Of a stretch of 64,000 nucleotides of DNA, positions 61,941-64,000 are shown piece after piece. Each line of letters begins with the position of its first letter. The first letter of the stretch is position 1. Under the pieces are notes generated by a model. The model was given only the letters and a program-made list of their open reading frames with translations. It was not told the DNA's origin and made no database searches. The translations under genes were made by a program, and so were the position numbers. Origin of the DNA: Selaginella moellendorffii (taxonomy: Eukaryota > Plantae > Lycopodiophyta); the NCBI RefSeq assembly GCF_000143415.4, contig NW_003314370.1, forward strand, positions 124,001 to 188,000, given 5' to 3'.

Positions 61941-63702
61941 CTATGAGGAACAAAAGGAATGCAGTGTTTCTTCAAGAGCTTTGGTATCGTATGCCGAAGT
62001 AAACACGCAATTTCCAAGCTCGCCTTTGAGTAGTATGAGTCTCAAATCGCCGTCCACAACCTTCTTGTCTACCTGTACGAAGAAACAAAACCAAGCTTCT
62101 TGGTGAAAAACGCTGTGCTCTAGAAAAACGAAGCTGCATACCGCCATTATGTTTTGAAACTTTTCGACTGTCATTGTGCTGGGGGGTGCCACTGGAACTT
62201 TCGCACGCTCTAGCAAGTTTAGGATCCGAGACTGAAGAGAAGCGTCTATCCATCCCAGACGGAATGAGAGATCCGCAGCCATTACCTGCGAAGATAAACA
62301 TATGAATGATGAGGCAATAAATCGAAGTTTGGGAATTACCGTGCCAGCAGCTACGGCTTCTCCGTGCAGCCAACCACCGTAGCCAATTCCTGTTTCTATA
62401 GCCTGCAAGGAAAAGCTAAGCATCGAAAGGAAAGAAAAAGAAAACGAGGGAGAGATAGCTTACATGTCCAAACGTATGCCCAAGATTTAATGTAGCTCTC
62501 AAACCGGCTTCCTTCTCGTCAAGCGATACAACCTCTGCCTTGTTCTCACAAGAACGCTTGATGGCATAAGCAAGAGCATCCGGGTCCCTGATGATTTGAA
62601 TGTCACAAACGAGGTAGCCAATCGAGAACAAAGTCACCTGGCCAACAGCTTGTCCATGTTTTCCTCTTGCCACTCGAAAAACTTCGCGTCTCTGATCAAA
62701 CCATATTTGACGACTTCAGCAATTCCAGAACAGAGCTCTCTCTCTGGAAGCGTGCTAAGAGTATCCGTGTCGATAACCACGCACTGAGGCTGGTAAAATG
62801 CACCAATGAGATTTTTGCCAAGCGGATGATTTACACCGGTCTTCCCTCCGACTGACGAATCAACCTGGGAAAGAAAAATCTTGTGACTTTCCACAAACTA
62901 GGTTCTAGAAAACAAGTTACCTGAGCCATGAGCGTCGTTGGAATCTGAATAAAATTCACACCGCGGAGAAAAGCCGCAGCAGCAAACCCACACATATCTC
63001 CAATCACTCCTCCTCCCAGTGCCACGAACGTACACCTTCGATCCATTCTGGTCTCCACCGCTTTGTCAAAAACTTTCATCAAAGTTCCCTGGAAAGAGAA
63101 GGAAAGGAAGGTGAACAACGAGAAAGAGCAACCAAACCACGCACCATGTCCTTATACTTCTCACCATCCGGCAGGATAACGCTCTCCACATTTATCTTGG
63201 AACCATTTGCCTTGAGAAGCCCGACTACTTTCTCCAGGTACAATGGTGCCACGGTCGTGTTCGTCACCACCAACACATTCTTTCCTTTCACATGTCTGTA
63301 GAGAAAGATCGGTTTTTCTGAGAGAACTGGAAAGAGAGAAAGAGAGAACAGAGAATTCACGTACTTCTGGAGAAGCTCTGGCTTGTCTAGAAGACCAGAT
63401 CCGATGTAGATTGGATAGGTGCGATCGCTCAAATCCACATCCACGACCTCCATTCTCGCCTCCTCGCTCAAATGCACATCTTGGAGCACCTGTGCAGCTG
63501 CTACCTTGAGCACAGCCCTCCGGCCACAGCCAACCCCCGCGGCGGAGGAGCACCGCAGTGCGAATTGCGCGAACCTGGAAGACGACGATCTCGCGGCAAA
63601 CAAAGCCGAGGAGGACGACGACGTCGCCGCCGCGAATGGGCCATCGCTCGCCGTGGTGGCAGCTCCTCGGATCAATGCCGCGGGCGCTAGCGCTGCCGCC
63701 AT
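61941..63702 (-). CDS. DHQS: 3-dehydroquinate synthase, chloroplast, multi-exon
   Basis: Ser/Ala-rich transit peptide; RTYPIYIG; LPDGEKYK; [16 protein letters not shown]; [19 protein letters not shown]; [12 protein letters not shown]; WLHGEAVA. Confidence 0.96.
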
Positions 63703-63847
63703 AGCTCCTCCTGCCTCCTCCAAACCTAGGCGCTCGTATTTCCTTTTGTTTGCTCCCGCAAAGCCTCCAATGCTGACCGCTAGGTGGCCAGCTCACCTGG
63801 CCACCTGGACTTCTTAGCCGATGTGTCAGCCACGTCATTGCGGATGA

Positions 63848-64000
63848 TCAAACGCTGGAGAGGACAACGTAGGCGGCCGGGCGGCGAGGATCCAGCTCCA
63901 TGACCCTCTCCGCCACTCTCTTGGCCCTCTTCTCATCGCCCTGGACCTTGCAAGCGCTGAGGAGCGTCATCCACAGCACGTAGCTCGCCGGGACTGGCAT
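63848..64000 (-). CDS. 3' end (E domain) of a PLS PPR protein running off the window end
   Basis: MPVPASYVLWMTLLSACKVQGDEKRAKRVAERVMELDPRRPAAYVVLSSV*. Confidence 0.85.
   Translation of the reverse strand: MPVPASYVLWMTLLSACKVQGDEKRAKRVAERVMELDPRRPAAYVVLSSV

Overview
Compact, gene-dense land-plant nuclear DNA. Mostly 50-100 nt GT-AG introns, intergenic gaps down to about 30 bp and five intronless PLS-class PPR genes suggest a Selaginella-type lycophyte (inference). Gene content from left to right: N-myristoyltransferase (partial), PPR, GH9 endoglucanase, At4g15545/NAIP-like, an AGP and two phytocyanins, two PPRs, PDF1-like, a cryptic 3-exon EPF/EPFL-like peptide gene, a C2orf81/DUF4639-like gene, CRLK-type kinase, mitochondrial RPL22 and a third phytocyanin with a miR408 site. 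Then about 7 kb of decayed LTR-retrotransposon debris, a RAD6-like E2, an alpha/beta-hydrolase-CAAX protease fusion, a PPR and an orphan ORF. Next an AT-rich secreted YvgO-like ORF beside a foldback repeat split by a dead Ty3/gypsy element, a PORR protein, PHO1, a mosaic of duplicated DHQS/PHO1 fragments, DHQ synthase and the 3' end of a fifth PPR. Most notable: (1) the intronless ORF resembling Bacillus YvgO, a candidate horizontally acquired defence protein; (2) the atypical EPFL peptide behind a W-box array; (3) a duplication leaving PHO1 and DHQS each followed by an antisense copy of the other's 3' end; (4) a miR408 site mismatched at the slicing position; (5) the DUF4639-like candidate sperm/flagellar gene. 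All family assignments come from motifs recognised by eye and from memory; no searches were run, and exon boundaries are manual.
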